DNA of 38,982 nt from Nitrososphaerota archaeon (GCA_029782475.1 JARPSM010000121.1:1-38982); one strand, 5' to 3'; counted from the stretch's first letter, positions 9,259-19,213 are shown. Notes: generated by a model from the letters alone, not told the origin. Program-made: numbers and translations.

Positions 9259-9922
9259 TCAGAACTAATATTCCAACAATTACTCCTATACCTGCTGCCA
9301 TGGCAAATGGGTATAATGCAAATATGTTCTTTGCAGGATCACCTGATAGAAATTCTATAATCATACTGCCAGAACTCACTGCTGGAGGATCAGTAGAGCC
9401 TGCCATTCCATGAACAGAGTATGAGTGAATAGCAAATTGACCAATATCCAAATTTGTGACTACAATTCTAGCCCCATTATTGACAGTTAGTCCTGCTCTA
9501 TCAGTGTAAGATATGATAGATTTGGCTTGTGGATACCATCCTCTATCCAAATCGCTATGAACTACAATGTATCCCTCTTTTGGTGTTTGAACAGCCACCC
9601 AAAACTTGTTGTCAGGTTCTGGTCCCATTCCAACTTCAATAAATTCATCGTGTGTCTCTTGATCATAAATTCTAAAAACTGCATTTCCTTCAGGATTTGC
9701 ATATAATAGATTGTTATCAATTGTTACTTGCCAACTAACAGCATGAACATCATCTAAAACTCTAATTGGTGATTCTCGTAGTACTGTGTTAAATTCATCT
9801 GAAGGAATTTCTAATGTGTCAATAATTAATGATGGATTTTTTTCTTCTTGAGCAAACGCTGGTGATACAAAAAATCCTAAGAGTAAAATTGCTGCAAAGA
9901 GATATTTCACAAGCTGGAACAA
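9242..9922 (-). CDS. Secreted, C-terminally anchored hypothetical protein
   Basis: Signal peptide (AFA-Q); C-terminal TM followed by KKRS. Confidence 0.8.
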   Translation of the reverse strand: MFQLVKYLFAAILLLGFFVSPAFAQEEKNPSLIIDTLEIPSDEFNTVLRESPIRVLDDVHAVSWQVTIDNNLLYANPEGNAVFRIYDQETHDEFIEVGMGPEPDNKFWVAVQTPKEGYIVVHSDLDRGWYPQAKSIISYTDRAGLTVNNGARIVVTNLDIGQFAIHSYSVHGMAGSTDPPAVSSGSMIIEFLSGDPAKNIFALYPFAMAAGIGVIVGILVLTKKRS

Positions 9923-9940
9923 ATTTGATTGAATAAAAAT

Positions 9941-11083
9941 CTAATCAACAAATGGTTTTGGATGATCCAAAATTGCTTTTGCTACTTCTGGTCTTAGAAT
10001 GAATTCTGATGGTGCCTGACCATTTTGAATCATTTCTCTTAATGCAGTTCCACTAATTTGCTCTTTAACATCATTATCATGTGGACATGCCTTTGGAGTA
10101 GTGTATGTAAGACATTTTCTACAATAGAAGAATGGTGGGAAGAATACTGGAGAAATTTCTAACTCTGGATAATCATCAAAGATTTTTTGTGCTGCCATTG
10201 GATCATAGAATTTTCCAACACCTGCATGATCACGCCCAATGATAATATGAGTACAACCAAAGTTTTGTCTCATTATTCCATGATGTATTGCTTCCTTTGG
10301 ACCTGCATACTTCATTTGAGTGTGTAATGTTCCTAATTGACATCGATTTTCAGGATAGTATGATTTTATCATGGTTTCATAGCATTTTACAATAACTTCA
10401 TCTACAAAATCACCAGATTTTTTCTTTCCAATTACTGGATTTACAAACACACCATCACGAGTTGTAATTGATGTTTTTTGTAACATTTCATGTGCCACGT
10501 GAGGTGGATTTCTAGTTTGGAAAGCGCAAATGGTTTTCCATCCTGCTTTTGCAAAAGCTTTACGTGTTTGAATTGGAGTTAATCTATTTTTTCTAATTTC
10601 AGTATCATTTGGTCTTTGAATATAATCAATTTTACCGCCAACCAAGAAATCTTTCATTGACATTGTATATGCAACACCTGGATGTTTTGAATGATTTGTT
10701 CCGTAGACACCTTGGGCTGTTTTTTCTTTATCAAAAGAGTATGTTTCCTCAACATGTAACACTGCAACTCCAATACCATCTGGATTTTTTAATAAAACAT
10801 CTTTTGCTTCTTTCATTTTAGTTGCAGTTTCTTCATCAACATCAAGTACAATTGGAATGGTCCAGGCTAAATCATTAGTTAATCTTCCACGTGATACAAC
10901 ACTTTCAAAGTCTTGTTGTCCCAAAAATCCCTCTAGAGGACTAAAAATTCCATCTGCAATATTTTCAACATCATTTGCAACATCTTCACTAATTGAAATA
11001 GAAAATAATCCTGTAGAATCAATTTTACTAATTCTGTTAACTAGTATTCCACCATGTGGCTTAATTGAATCAGTTTCTGACAT
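9941..11083 (-). CDS. sat: Sulfate adenylyltransferase
   Basis: [41 protein letters not shown]. Confidence 0.97.
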   Translation of the reverse strand: MSETDSIKPHGGILVNRISKIDSTGLFSISISEDVANDVENIADGIFSPLEGFLGQQDFESVVSRGRLTNDLAWTIPIVLDVDEETATKMKEAKDVLLKNPDGIGVAVLHVEETYSFDKEKTAQGVYGTNHSKHPGVAYTMSMKDFLVGGKIDYIQRPNDTEIRKNRLTPIQTRKAFAKAGWKTICAFQTRNPPHVAHEMLQKTSITTRDGVFVNPVIGKKKSGDFVDEVIVKCYETMIKSYYPENRCQLGTLHTQMKYAGPKEAIHHGIMRQNFGCTHIIIGRDHAGVGKFYDPMAAQKIFDDYPELEISPVFFPPFFYCRKCLTYTTPKACPHDNDVKEQISGTALREMIQNGQAPSEFILRPEVAKAILDHPKPFVD

Positions 11084-11095
11084 GATAAAAATCTA

Positions 11096-11809
11096 TCAAG
11101 GGTCTATATGAAGGCCACACTCTTTATTTCCTTCTTGTTCCCACCACCATCTTCCTGCTCGAATATCTTCCCCAGGTTTAATTGCTCTAGTACATGGCTC
11201 ACAACCAATACTTGGGAATCCTTTGTCAAGCAGGCTGTTGTATGGTAAATTATTTTTTTTAATATATTCCTGAATCTGATCCCAAGTCCAATCAACTATT
11301 GGATTTATTTTTAAGATTCCTCCATGCCCATGATCTAGTTGAAACATTGTCACATTAGTTCTATTTGTAGTCTGATCACGCCTTAATCCAGTAATCCAAC
11401 CATCCAAAGCACTCAACATTTTGTTCATTGGATGAACCTTACGAATTTCACAACAAAGTTTTCTGTTATCAATACTTTCATAGAATAGATTCATTCCTTT
11501 ATCGCGAACCATATCTTCAACTTCTTTTGTATCTGGAAATAATACTTCAATAGAAATATTATATTTTTTACTAACAATATCTATAATATCATAGGTTTCT
11601 TGTGGTAATCGTCCTGTATCAAGGGTAAAGAATCGAAATTTAGGATTAATTTTTAACATAATATCCATAACTACTGCATCTTCAGCTCCAAAGCTTGATG
11701 CTTTTGCAACTTTTGGATGAAGATTTTCAGAAACCCACTCTAATGCCTCTTGTGTAGTTTTGATTTTTGAGTTTAATTCATCTACTTGTTCTTGTGTAAA
11801 TTTTGTCAC
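11096..11809 (-). CDS. cysH: Adenylyl-/phosphoadenylyl-sulfate reductase (4Fe-4S APS-reductase type)
   Basis: SFGAED, LDTGRL, CCEIRKV, WITGLRRDQ, SIGCEPCT, RAGRWWWE, KECGLH. Confidence 0.95.
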   Translation of the reverse strand: MTKFTQEQVDELNSKIKTTQEALEWVSENLHPKVAKASSFGAEDAVVMDIMLKINPKFRFFTLDTGRLPQETYDIIDIVSKKYNISIEVLFPDTKEVEDMVRDKGMNLFYESIDNRKLCCEIRKVHPMNKMLSALDGWITGLRRDQTTNRTNVTMFQLDHGHGGILKINPIVDWTWDQIQEYIKKNNLPYNSLLDKGFPSIGCEPCTRAIKPGEDIRAGRWWWEQEGNKECGLHIDP

Positions 11810-11893
11810 ATATTCACATAGATTATTTGTTTTATATTGATTACCCGAATTATTATCCTAAATTATAAACAAGTAGAATTCAAAATAGAAAAT

Positions 11894-13006
11894 ATGGATG
11901 AAATATCATACGTTGTAGTTTTTCCAACTATATTTTCAAAAAATAAAATTCCACAATTAATTTTAAATATTAAAAAAATTCTTAAAATAAAAAATCAAAA
12001 ATTCAAGTCTGTAAAGCGTGATGGGGATGTAATTCTTGTTGATGCAAATGATCCTGTATTTGCATCATCTGCAATAAATTTACTTTTTGGAATTGAAAAA
12101 ATAGCTATAGCAAGAAAAATTAAAAATGATTTTCAAAATATTATTTCTGAAATTACATCTATTGGTGGTAATTTACTCTTAAAGGGAGAAAAATTTCTTG
12201 TAAAAGTAGAAGGGATTTCAAAAGGATTTGTAGTTAAAGATGTGGAGATTGCAGCAACATCAAACATAATTGAAAAGAAAGTAAAATTAGGAGCATATCC
12301 TGGAACAGATGAAAATTATGACAAGTTATTGTATACGTATCTCACAAAAAATAATGCATACATCTGTATATTTTCAGATAATGGTAAAGGTGGCATTCCA
12401 TATCAATCACAAAATCAAAAAACAATATGTGCAGTATATGATGAAATTTCAGCAGTTTCTTGCTTTGAGACAATTAAACAAGGTTATGATGTAAAGATAC
12501 TAGTTTGTTATAGACAAAAATCTGAATTAATGAATCTTGCAAAAATTATTAATCAAATTATTCCACGATTAGTGCAAGATAAAATTGAGCTTGAATTTTT
12601 ACAACTTAAAATCAGTCCAAATGGAATTAAAAATTATTTAATTTATGTGAATTCAATATTAGAAATATTATTGCAATATTCTAACACTCGTGTGTCATTA
12701 GCGTTATCTCCATTAATTTATTCATCAGACTTTATTGATAATTCATTAAAGATAGTATTTGGAAAAAAGAAAATTCCAATTTTACCACTTGCTGGAGTTG
12801 ACTCTAACTTGTTTATTGAAGCTAAAGAGATAGGCCTAGAAAGAAATATCAAGAAATTAGAAAAAATGGTCTCAATCTCTACTGGTGAAATTCCTTCTTT
12901 TTTTAAAAAAGAAGTTGAATCTGCACTAAAATCAAAAAAAATTATTGATATTCAGATAGGCCCCAACAATGTTCATGATATTTTAGACTCTCTTGAAAAT
13001 CATTGA
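11894..13006 (+). CDS. ThiI-related THUMP-domain protein with a degenerate PP-loop
   Basis: LFGIEKI, KFLVKV THUMP-like region, GKGGIPY, PILPLAG; SGGxDS replaced by YDEIS. Confidence 0.7.
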   Translation: MDEISYVVVFPTIFSKNKIPQLILNIKKILKIKNQKFKSVKRDGDVILVDANDPVFASSAINLLFGIEKIAIARKIKNDFQNIISEITSIGGNLLLKGEKFLVKVEGISKGFVVKDVEIAATSNIIEKKVKLGAYPGTDENYDKLLYTYLTKNNAYICIFSDNGKGGIPYQSQNQKTICAVYDEISAVSCFETIKQGYDVKILVCYRQKSELMNLAKIINQIIPRLVQDKIELEFLQLKISPNGIKNYLIYVNSILEILLQYSNTRVSLALSPLIYSSDFIDNSLKIVFGKKKIPILPLAGVDSNLFIEAKEIGLERNIKKLEKMVSISTGEIPSFFKKEVESALKSKKIIDIQIGPNNVHDILDSLENH

Positions 13007-13036
13007 GAATTTAAACAGCATATTTGGTTTGATATT

Positions 13037-14272
13037 GTGCTCAAAATAGGAGAATTCATCTACCCATGGGGAAGTGGTCATTATTCTCGAATGATGAGAC
13101 TAAATGACATTCTAGGAGAGCATATCAAAGAAAAATTCGAGGTTCATTTTTCTAGCAAAGATCATGTTTATGAAAAATTATTAAAAAAATTTCCTGACCA
13201 AAAAGAAAAAATTCATGAAATTTTAATGCCAACCCCAATTGATGGAAAATTTGGTCCTAGTGTTTCAAAATCATTATTAAATTTATTATTACCAATTTCA
13301 AAAAATCCATCACTAGTTAAACAAATTACAAGTTATTTACGAGAAGAAAGAAAACTCTACAATAAAGAAAAATTTGATCTTGTAATTAACGACGGTGACA
13401 TGGGTTCAAACATTCTAGCAAAAAATAGAAACATACCTAGTTTGTTTGTAACAAATCAGTTTAGACCAAAATTATACAATTCAAGATCATATCTTTATCC
13501 ATCATTAATTTTTATTGCAAAACAAATTGGTAAAGCATCAAAAATTCTTGTGGCAGATTCACCGCCACCATATACAATGTGTGAATATAATCTAAATTTT
13601 ATCAAAGAAGTAAAAGAAAAAGTCATCTATGTAGGGCATTTCACAAACAGTAAAGAAATTAAAAAAGAGGACATTTCAGATCTTGAAAAATTAGTACAAG
13701 ACAATGAATTTGGTTATTGGATGAGGACAGGAAATAAATCAACTAATGATGGAACTGGTCAGAGATATGAACAAGTATTTCATCAAGATGAGATGAAAAA
13801 AGAAAAAAGAATAATATCACATGCAAGAAATGATTCCAATATAGATACAGTGTTAGGAAAAGACGGTAAAAGGTATTCTGTAAAAGAAGCTTTGGATAAA
13901 AAAATTGATTGGATACAAATTGATATGGGTTTTCTTTCAGAACAAGAAAAAGACACAATTCTAAATTTGTGTAAATATGCTGTTGTGAATGGTTCTCACA
14001 CTGTAATGGGTGAAATCATGGGGGGGAAATCAAAACCAGTGATTGGAATTCCAATTTATGATGAACATACAAACAATATCAAATGGGCAGAAGAGAAAAA
14101 CCTAGGCGTATTAGCAATTAAAACAAGTCAAGTGACCAAAGGTATATCCAAAATTAAGGAAAATTATGAAGAATTTCAAGATAATTTGAATGAGTTTTCA
14201 AAGAATTTTGTTCCTAGTGGAGCAGAAAATTCAGCAAAAATTGCTGCCCAAATATTAGAAGAAAAGAGATAA
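13037..14272 (+). CDS. GT-B glycosyltransferase (GT28/MJ1255-like)
   Basis: GSGHYSR, DLVINDG, YVGH, NGSHTVMGE, DEHTNN motifs. Confidence 0.85.
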   Translation: MLKIGEFIYPWGSGHYSRMMRLNDILGEHIKEKFEVHFSSKDHVYEKLLKKFPDQKEKIHEILMPTPIDGKFGPSVSKSLLNLLLPISKNPSLVKQITSYLREERKLYNKEKFDLVINDGDMGSNILAKNRNIPSLFVTNQFRPKLYNSRSYLYPSLIFIAKQIGKASKILVADSPPPYTMCEYNLNFIKEVKEKVIYVGHFTNSKEIKKEDISDLEKLVQDNEFGYWMRTGNKSTNDGTGQRYEQVFHQDEMKKEKRIISHARNDSNIDTVLGKDGKRYSVKEALDKKIDWIQIDMGFLSEQEKDTILNLCKYAVVNGSHTVMGEIMGGKSKPVIGIPIYDEHTNNIKWAEEKNLGVLAIKTSQVTKGISKIKENYEEFQDNLNEFSKNFVPSGAENSAKIAAQILEEKR

Positions 14273-14281
14273 TAGATTATT

Positions 14282-14376
14282 TTGATGATTTTTCTCATCT
14301 GGCACGCGGGATTTCGATGGGCGAACGGACCGCAAGGGATGATGAAAAAATCCGCGTGTCGGATAATATCGATCAA
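14282..14376 (+). ncRNA. Candidate K-turn-containing structured RNA (box C/D- or H/ACA-like sRNA)
   Basis: GC-rich intergenic island; 17-bp stem 14297-14314/14348-14364 with two G.U pairs on +; apical K-turn CGGA-CC-GCAA-GG-GAU-GAUG. Confidence 0.65.
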
Positions 14377-14424
14377 TAGAGATTGTGGGAACGCTTTTAT
14401 GGAAAAAATTAAGCCAAGTCAACA

Positions 14425-14739
14425 GTGCCTAACTGTCCTGAATGTACATCACGAGAGAAAAAGAAGATAGAAACAAAGTATGTAGAGGATTTCCCAGAAG
14501 AAGAAGATAGAAGCAGAGATGCATTATTCAAATTATTTGATGAAATTGATATTCCCATGAAAATGGATGAAAAAAATAGAAGACATTTCATTTGTAAACG
14601 ATGTGGATTATATGCAACAAGAGAAGAAGTTTCAGATATTAGATTCAAGTTAAATCAAAGAGAAAGAACACGTGATGACAAACATGATGACTATCTAGAA
14701 TGGTGGTCAAAAAGTAAAAAAGAAAAAGCAGAAAATTAG
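14425..14739 (+). CDS. Zn-finger protein
   Basis: CPEC ... CKRC pair; GTG start. Confidence 0.8.
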   Translation: MPNCPECTSREKKKIETKYVEDFPEEEDRSRDALFKLFDEIDIPMKMDEKNRRHFICKRCGLYATREEVSDIRFKLNQRERTRDDKHDDYLEWWSKSKKEKAEN

Positions 14740-14750
14740 AGAGGTTCATC

Positions 14751-15152
14751 ATGGTAAAAAAGAAAGAAGATGAAATTCCAGAATGGGTTACTGATGAAAT
14801 TCAAAATGCAAAATTTGAGAAACCTGAAGAGATAAAATCATCAGGATATATCCTAGAATTCTATTATGAAGACAACAAAATAGATGTTCAATTGTATGAT
14901 GCAGTAGAAGATGGACGACATATTGTAACTATGGATGTTGTTAAAGATATCAAAATTGATGATTTATTAAAAGGAGAAGTTTATGAATTTATTTTTGATC
15001 AACATAAAGCACCGTTAAGTAAAAAAGTATCAGAATTTCTAGAAAAAGAAAAAGAAATAGAAATGAAAGTAATTTATCAATTTGAATTAAAATCTCTAGA
15101 ACTCTTAGAAGTAGGCTCAAATGAATCTGCAGAAAAAGATTTAGAAGAATAG
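14751..15152 (+). CDS. Acidic hypothetical protein
   Basis: ATG preceded by GAGG, 11 bp after the previous gene. Confidence 0.8.
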   Translation: MVKKKEDEIPEWVTDEIQNAKFEKPEEIKSSGYILEFYYEDNKIDVQLYDAVEDGRHIVTMDVVKDIKIDDLLKGEVYEFIFDQHKAPLSKKVSEFLEKEKEIEMKVIYQFELKSLELLEVGSNESAEKDLEE

Positions 15153-15154
15153 AA

Positions 15155-15955
15155 TTAATCTTTTTTCATAGAATCTAATTGTTTTTTGAACGCTTTTCCT
15201 AAAATTGGATTGATAAGATATGGGAATGTGTTTTTCAACCATACTGCACCTCGTACTACAGATGGTACAATGATTTCTAATCTAGGGGAATTTGCTGCTT
15301 TTAGGATTGTTTTTGCTACAGTTTTAGAACTAAGTGAAGTTGGAGAAAATTTTGGCATTTTTTCAAATGAAGGATGATCAAAGAAATTAGTTCTAACCAT
15401 TATAGGACTAACAACAGTAATCCCAATTCCAGTATTTTTTAATTCATGTTTAAGACCCTCTGAAAATCCCAACATTGCAAATTTTGATGCACAGTATGGG
15501 GCAATTCCAGGTAAACCAAAACTTGCAGCTACTGATGCCACATTAACAATATGTCCTGATTTGTTATCTAACATTGATGGAAGGAAATGTTTGATACAGT
15601 AAATCATTCCAAAATAATTTGTTTCCATTTGTGATTCTATATCATCAATACTAAGATCAGTTACAGAGCCATAAATTGCAAAACCAGCATTATTTACTAA
15701 AATATCTACTGAATCAAATTTTTCTAAAACTGTTTTTGACATTTCTTTTACTTGATCTTTTTCAGATACATCACATTGGCAAACTAGAACAGATACATTG
15801 AATTGTTTTAATTCATCTGCAACTTGTTCAAGATTTTCTTTTGTTCTTGAAACTAAAACAATGTTAGCACTTTTTTTTGCAAATTCTATTGCAGTATCTT
15901 TACCAATTCCTGATGATGCACCAGTAATTAATACAACCTTGTTTTTAAAATCCAC
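15155..15955 (-). CDS. Short-chain dehydrogenase/reductase
   Basis: TGASSGIG, NNAG, YCASK. Confidence 0.95.
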   Translation of the reverse strand: MDFKNKVVLITGASSGIGKDTAIEFAKKSANIVLVSRTKENLEQVADELKQFNVSVLVCQCDVSEKDQVKEMSKTVLEKFDSVDILVNNAGFAIYGSVTDLSIDDIESQMETNYFGMIYCIKHFLPSMLDNKSGHIVNVASVAASFGLPGIAPYCASKFAMLGFSEGLKHELKNTGIGITVVSPIMVRTNFFDHPSFEKMPKFSPTSLSSKTVAKTILKAANSPRLEIIVPSVVRGAVWLKNTFPYLINPILGKAFKKQLDSMKKD

Positions 15956-16099
15956 AAATCAAAAAAATCACTTAAAGATAAAGTGGTTTCTATTAGTTAT
16001 TTTTTGCATAAAAACAATTGGGAATTGAGGTCAAGCTGACAATATCTCAAGCCTAAACAAATCAGAAATTGCAAATAGGGCAATATGTAATTATTATGA

Positions 16100-16187
16100 G
16101 GTTCTGCAGTCCCAGTATTGGAGTGTCATATTTCAGGAATTTTCACACTTGAGGCGTTGGTGGAACCGCAACTGATGCTGCAGAACT
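16100..16187 (+). ncRNA. Candidate three-way-junction structured element
   Basis: GGTTCTGCAG/CTGCAGAACT closing stem, CAGT/ACTG, GAGTGT/ACACTT and GCGTT/AACCGC arms. Confidence 0.35.
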
Positions 16188-16226
16188 AGAAACAGAGATT
16201 ATTAGAGTATTAAAAAAAGTTAAAAA

Positions 16227-16535
16227 TTAATTGATCCTAACTGATCTTATTGCCATTAACGGATTGTATATAAAAAACTGATCAAGTTTTTCTGCAACAT
16301 CTACTTTTCTTGCAGGTCGGTTGGTATAACTTATTTCAAATTTTATTTTCTTATCATCTGCTACAGGATTTGACACTTTGATTTCAGGGTACAGTGCTAA
16401 GAGTCCTGCTTGGAATATTGTTTTCCAGTCACATTTGGAATGATCTTCATTTCTGCATATCATACCGTTAGCAAGTACGACATGCTCTGTGATTTCCAAC
16501 TCTACATGAATTGGTTTACTTGTTAAAAGTGACAT
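16227..16535 (-). CDS. Hypothetical protein
   Basis: ATG ORF with a strong GGAGGG SD-like sequence upstream. Confidence 0.7.
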   Translation of the reverse strand: MSLLTSKPIHVELEITEHVVLANGMICRNEDHSKCDWKTIFQAGLLALYPEIKVSNPVADDKKIKFEISYTNRPARKVDVAEKLDQFFIYNPLMAIRSVRIN

Positions 16536-16807
16536 AATTAATTCCCTCCGTCGTCATGTGTCATATTAAATTTGGGATATGTAGCGACAATCAAAAGTTT
16601 GTGAGTTATTTTCAAGATATTTCAATTCGGTCATTCCTGTTTGTTTAGGGTAAAATTATCCAATCTTTTGTTTTTGAATAATAGAGCCTATGCATAATCA
16701 TTTATTCAAAAATAGAAAAACCATTATTATGTTAGAGGAGTAACCAGAAATATAATCAAAAACTTGATTGTACATAAACTCTCATAATCAATCAACCAAA
16801 TGTGTTC

Positions 16808-17752
16808 TCAGAGAAAACCGTCATGTTGGAATTTTATGTTCTCAACTGAGAGGAATTTCTCATATGCATTTTTTGCAGCACTACTAATGACATCCTTTAA
16901 CAATACATCGTTTTTCAAGAATTTTTCAGGATCGATTATAATGGATTCGACCGCCGCTCGATTCATACTGCCATTTTGTGGTTGTACTCTTATTATTTTA
17001 TGTGCATCCAGCATTACACATATGGATTCCTTTTTATGATGATGTTTGGACATTTTTACTGCATCCTCAAACGCGCATTCAAGTTTTGTAATGCATGTAA
17101 TATAGTCAGATTCAAACCTTCCATATGATTTTACATGAAACGCTATGGCATATTGAAAATCCGCATCATAGAATCCTTGTTTGATAGAATGAATATCAGA
17201 TATGGTCCATACACCATGTTTGGTTACGACACACGAAAGAGGATCAATGAATCTGGATCTCTCAGAAAATGGAGCGACTGCTATGCCATTCTTACCATAA
17301 CCCAAAATAAAGGGCTTGTCGAATTTTTTAACCATTTTTTGCGCATCAGCAAAAGCACAAGATAACTGTATTCTACCTTCTGAAAGAAATCCCGGTGAAC
17401 CATACTCGATGATTCCATTAACTAGGTAATCATATGTCCTTGGCACCATTTCATCAATGGTGTAATCCTGATATGCAACATTATCAGAGAATTCTTTTTT
17501 TAGCATTGTTTTGATTTCTTGTGTACTAAATGTATTCTTCCAATGATCAGATATCTTACGTGGTGTCACCCCACATGCAGCGATATAAAGTGGATGTTCT
17601 CGGGAAGATGACGCTATGCAGACATTTCCATCTTTATCTTCACCTATAGATAATGAATCATCAGATTCCTTACAAATGTTTGATGCATCCTCAAGCAACG
17701 AATGAAATCGAGTCTTGTCCCATGAAGAGTCTATTTTACCGTATGATCTCAC
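16808..17752 (-). CDS. Hypothetical protein with three degenerate ~100-aa internal repeats
   Basis: 314-aa ORF; recurring (S/E)YG...(L/F)(E/A)DA motif three times. Confidence 0.75.
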   Translation of the reverse strand: MRSYGKIDSSWDKTRFHSLLEDASNICKESDDSLSIGEDKDGNVCIASSSREHPLYIAACGVTPRKISDHWKNTFSTQEIKTMLKKEFSDNVAYQDYTIDEMVPRTYDYLVNGIIEYGSPGFLSEGRIQLSCAFADAQKMVKKFDKPFILGYGKNGIAVAPFSERSRFIDPLSCVVTKHGVWTISDIHSIKQGFYDADFQYAIAFHVKSYGRFESDYITCITKLECAFEDAVKMSKHHHKKESICVMLDAHKIIRVQPQNGSMNRAAVESIIIDPEKFLKNDVLLKDVISSAAKNAYEKFLSVENIKFQHDGFL

Positions 17753-17895
17753 AGTACAATATCTATTTGCACAGTATTGAATCTATTGATACGGTATCTG
17801 ATTGAGGCCACAAGAATAATTGCATCAAATCAAAGAGTAGTAGCATTATACATTATTTTTCCAAATCATGTACTAAGGATACAAAATCTAACAAA

Positions 17896-18290
17896 ATGAT
17901 GCAAAAAATAACCATAAAACCTCGATCAGACATCAAAATTCAAAATACCGTATGCATCGCTGACCTCAAAGAAGAAATTAATCTGAAATCATTTAACAAA
18001 TACAAGCATCTTGGTGCAAATTTGAAATTGTATCGATTCGGATATGTCAAATATAACACATGGCAGGCAGAGTCACTATTTAGAACAGGTAAATTGATCT
18101 CAATGGGACACAAGTCCCAATCACACAAAAAAGGAATTACACAAAATATCCAAAATACTACAAGAATACAAATTTGTCAAACCCATAAGTCATACCTCAG
18201 ATGAGAAATATTGTATCTCGGTTTGACATGAATAAAAAACTTCCAATATGAAAATTGGCAAAAACATTGCCAAAAAGCATGTACGAGTAA
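17896..18290 (+). pseudogene. tbp: TATA-box binding protein paralog, 5' part (frameshifted)
   Basis: IKIQNTVCIADL...FRTGKLISMG (repeat 1); in a shifted frame PQMRNIVSRFD...KLAKTLPKSMYE* (start of repeat 2). Confidence 0.75.
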
Positions 18291-18358
18291 GATTAGTCTC
18301 CGAGTTTGATTTACAGAATTCAAAAGAAACAAATCCTTCTAGTGGAAAGACAAGTATA

Positions 18359-18871
18359 TTGAAATCCAAACGCAAAGAGCAAAAAAAGATCATTGTAAAG
18401 AAAAAATGTTATCTTGCCAGTCCGTTAGGATTTTCTGAAGTTGGCAGGCTGTTTATGAAGCAGAGGTTGGTGCCTTTTCTCAAAGCCATGAACCTCAAAG
18501 TGCTAAATCCGTGGGATTTTCAGGATTTAAACGATGAGATGGAATCAATAAACACCATACAAAATTTTGACAAGAGAGTGTCTAGACTGCGTATCATAAA
18601 TGAGGCAATCGCTAGGAAGAATCAATCCATGATAGATGAGGCAGACATTTTGATTGCCGTATTGGATGGAGTTGATGTGGATAGTGGGACGGCATCTGAG
18701 ATTGGATATGCGTATGCAAAAAATAAAAAAGTGTATGGGTATCGCGGTGATTTTAGACTGTCTAGTGATAATATTGGCAGCAAGGTAAATTTACAAGTAG
18801 AGTATTTTTGTGAGAGTATAGTTTTTGATTTGCAGTCTCTAAAGCATAGTGTTTTACAGTCATTGTCTTGA
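18359..18871 (+). CDS. Nucleoside 2-deoxyribosyltransferase family protein
   Basis: CYLASPLGFSE, LNPW, DGVDVDSGTASEIGYAYA, YRGDFR, NLQV; start uncertain (in-frame TTG 18359 chosen because ATG 18248 lies inside the TBP remnant). Confidence 0.88.
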   Translation: MKSKRKEQKKIIVKKKCYLASPLGFSEVGRLFMKQRLVPFLKAMNLKVLNPWDFQDLNDEMESINTIQNFDKRVSRLRIINEAIARKNQSMIDEADILIAVLDGVDVDSGTASEIGYAYAKNKKVYGYRGDFRLSSDNIGSKVNLQVEYFCESIVFDLQSLKHSVLQSLS

Positions 18872-18960
18872 AAACAAAACATGTGCTACAAGACTTTGAT
18901 GACTGGTATGATATGGCGAAAAGATAAAATTTATTTGCTAAATTATATCAAAATGAAAGA

Positions 18961-19090
18961 CTTTGAAGGATTTATCTGACTGAAGATAATTGTGTTGCAT
19001 TGCTATTTGCATCAGGAAAAAGAGTATTGCAGATGCAAGTCAGTTAAAGAAACAAACTCTGCATTCTTTGATGTATAATCCAGAGTATGA
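18961..19090 (+). pseudogene. tbp: TATA-box binding protein paralog, 3' part
   Basis: Frameshifted FEGFI / TEDNCVALLFASGKRV / KSVKETNSAFFDV, matching the FPGLIY...LLFASGK.V..GAKS end of TBP repeat 2. Confidence 0.65.
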
Positions 19091-19213
19091 GAATACATGA
19101 CTGCCTTAGAAATATAATTTTCTCAAAAACATGTTTCAGATATTTTAAAATTACATATGAATTTAAATTAAGATATCTAAAAATAAAACAACTAGAATCA
19201 CATCTCAAAACTA

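Noticed and set aside
14282-14470. 62-aa ORF over the GC-rich gap
   Set aside because: Atypical composition and overlap with the next gene; the GC content is better explained by RNA structure.
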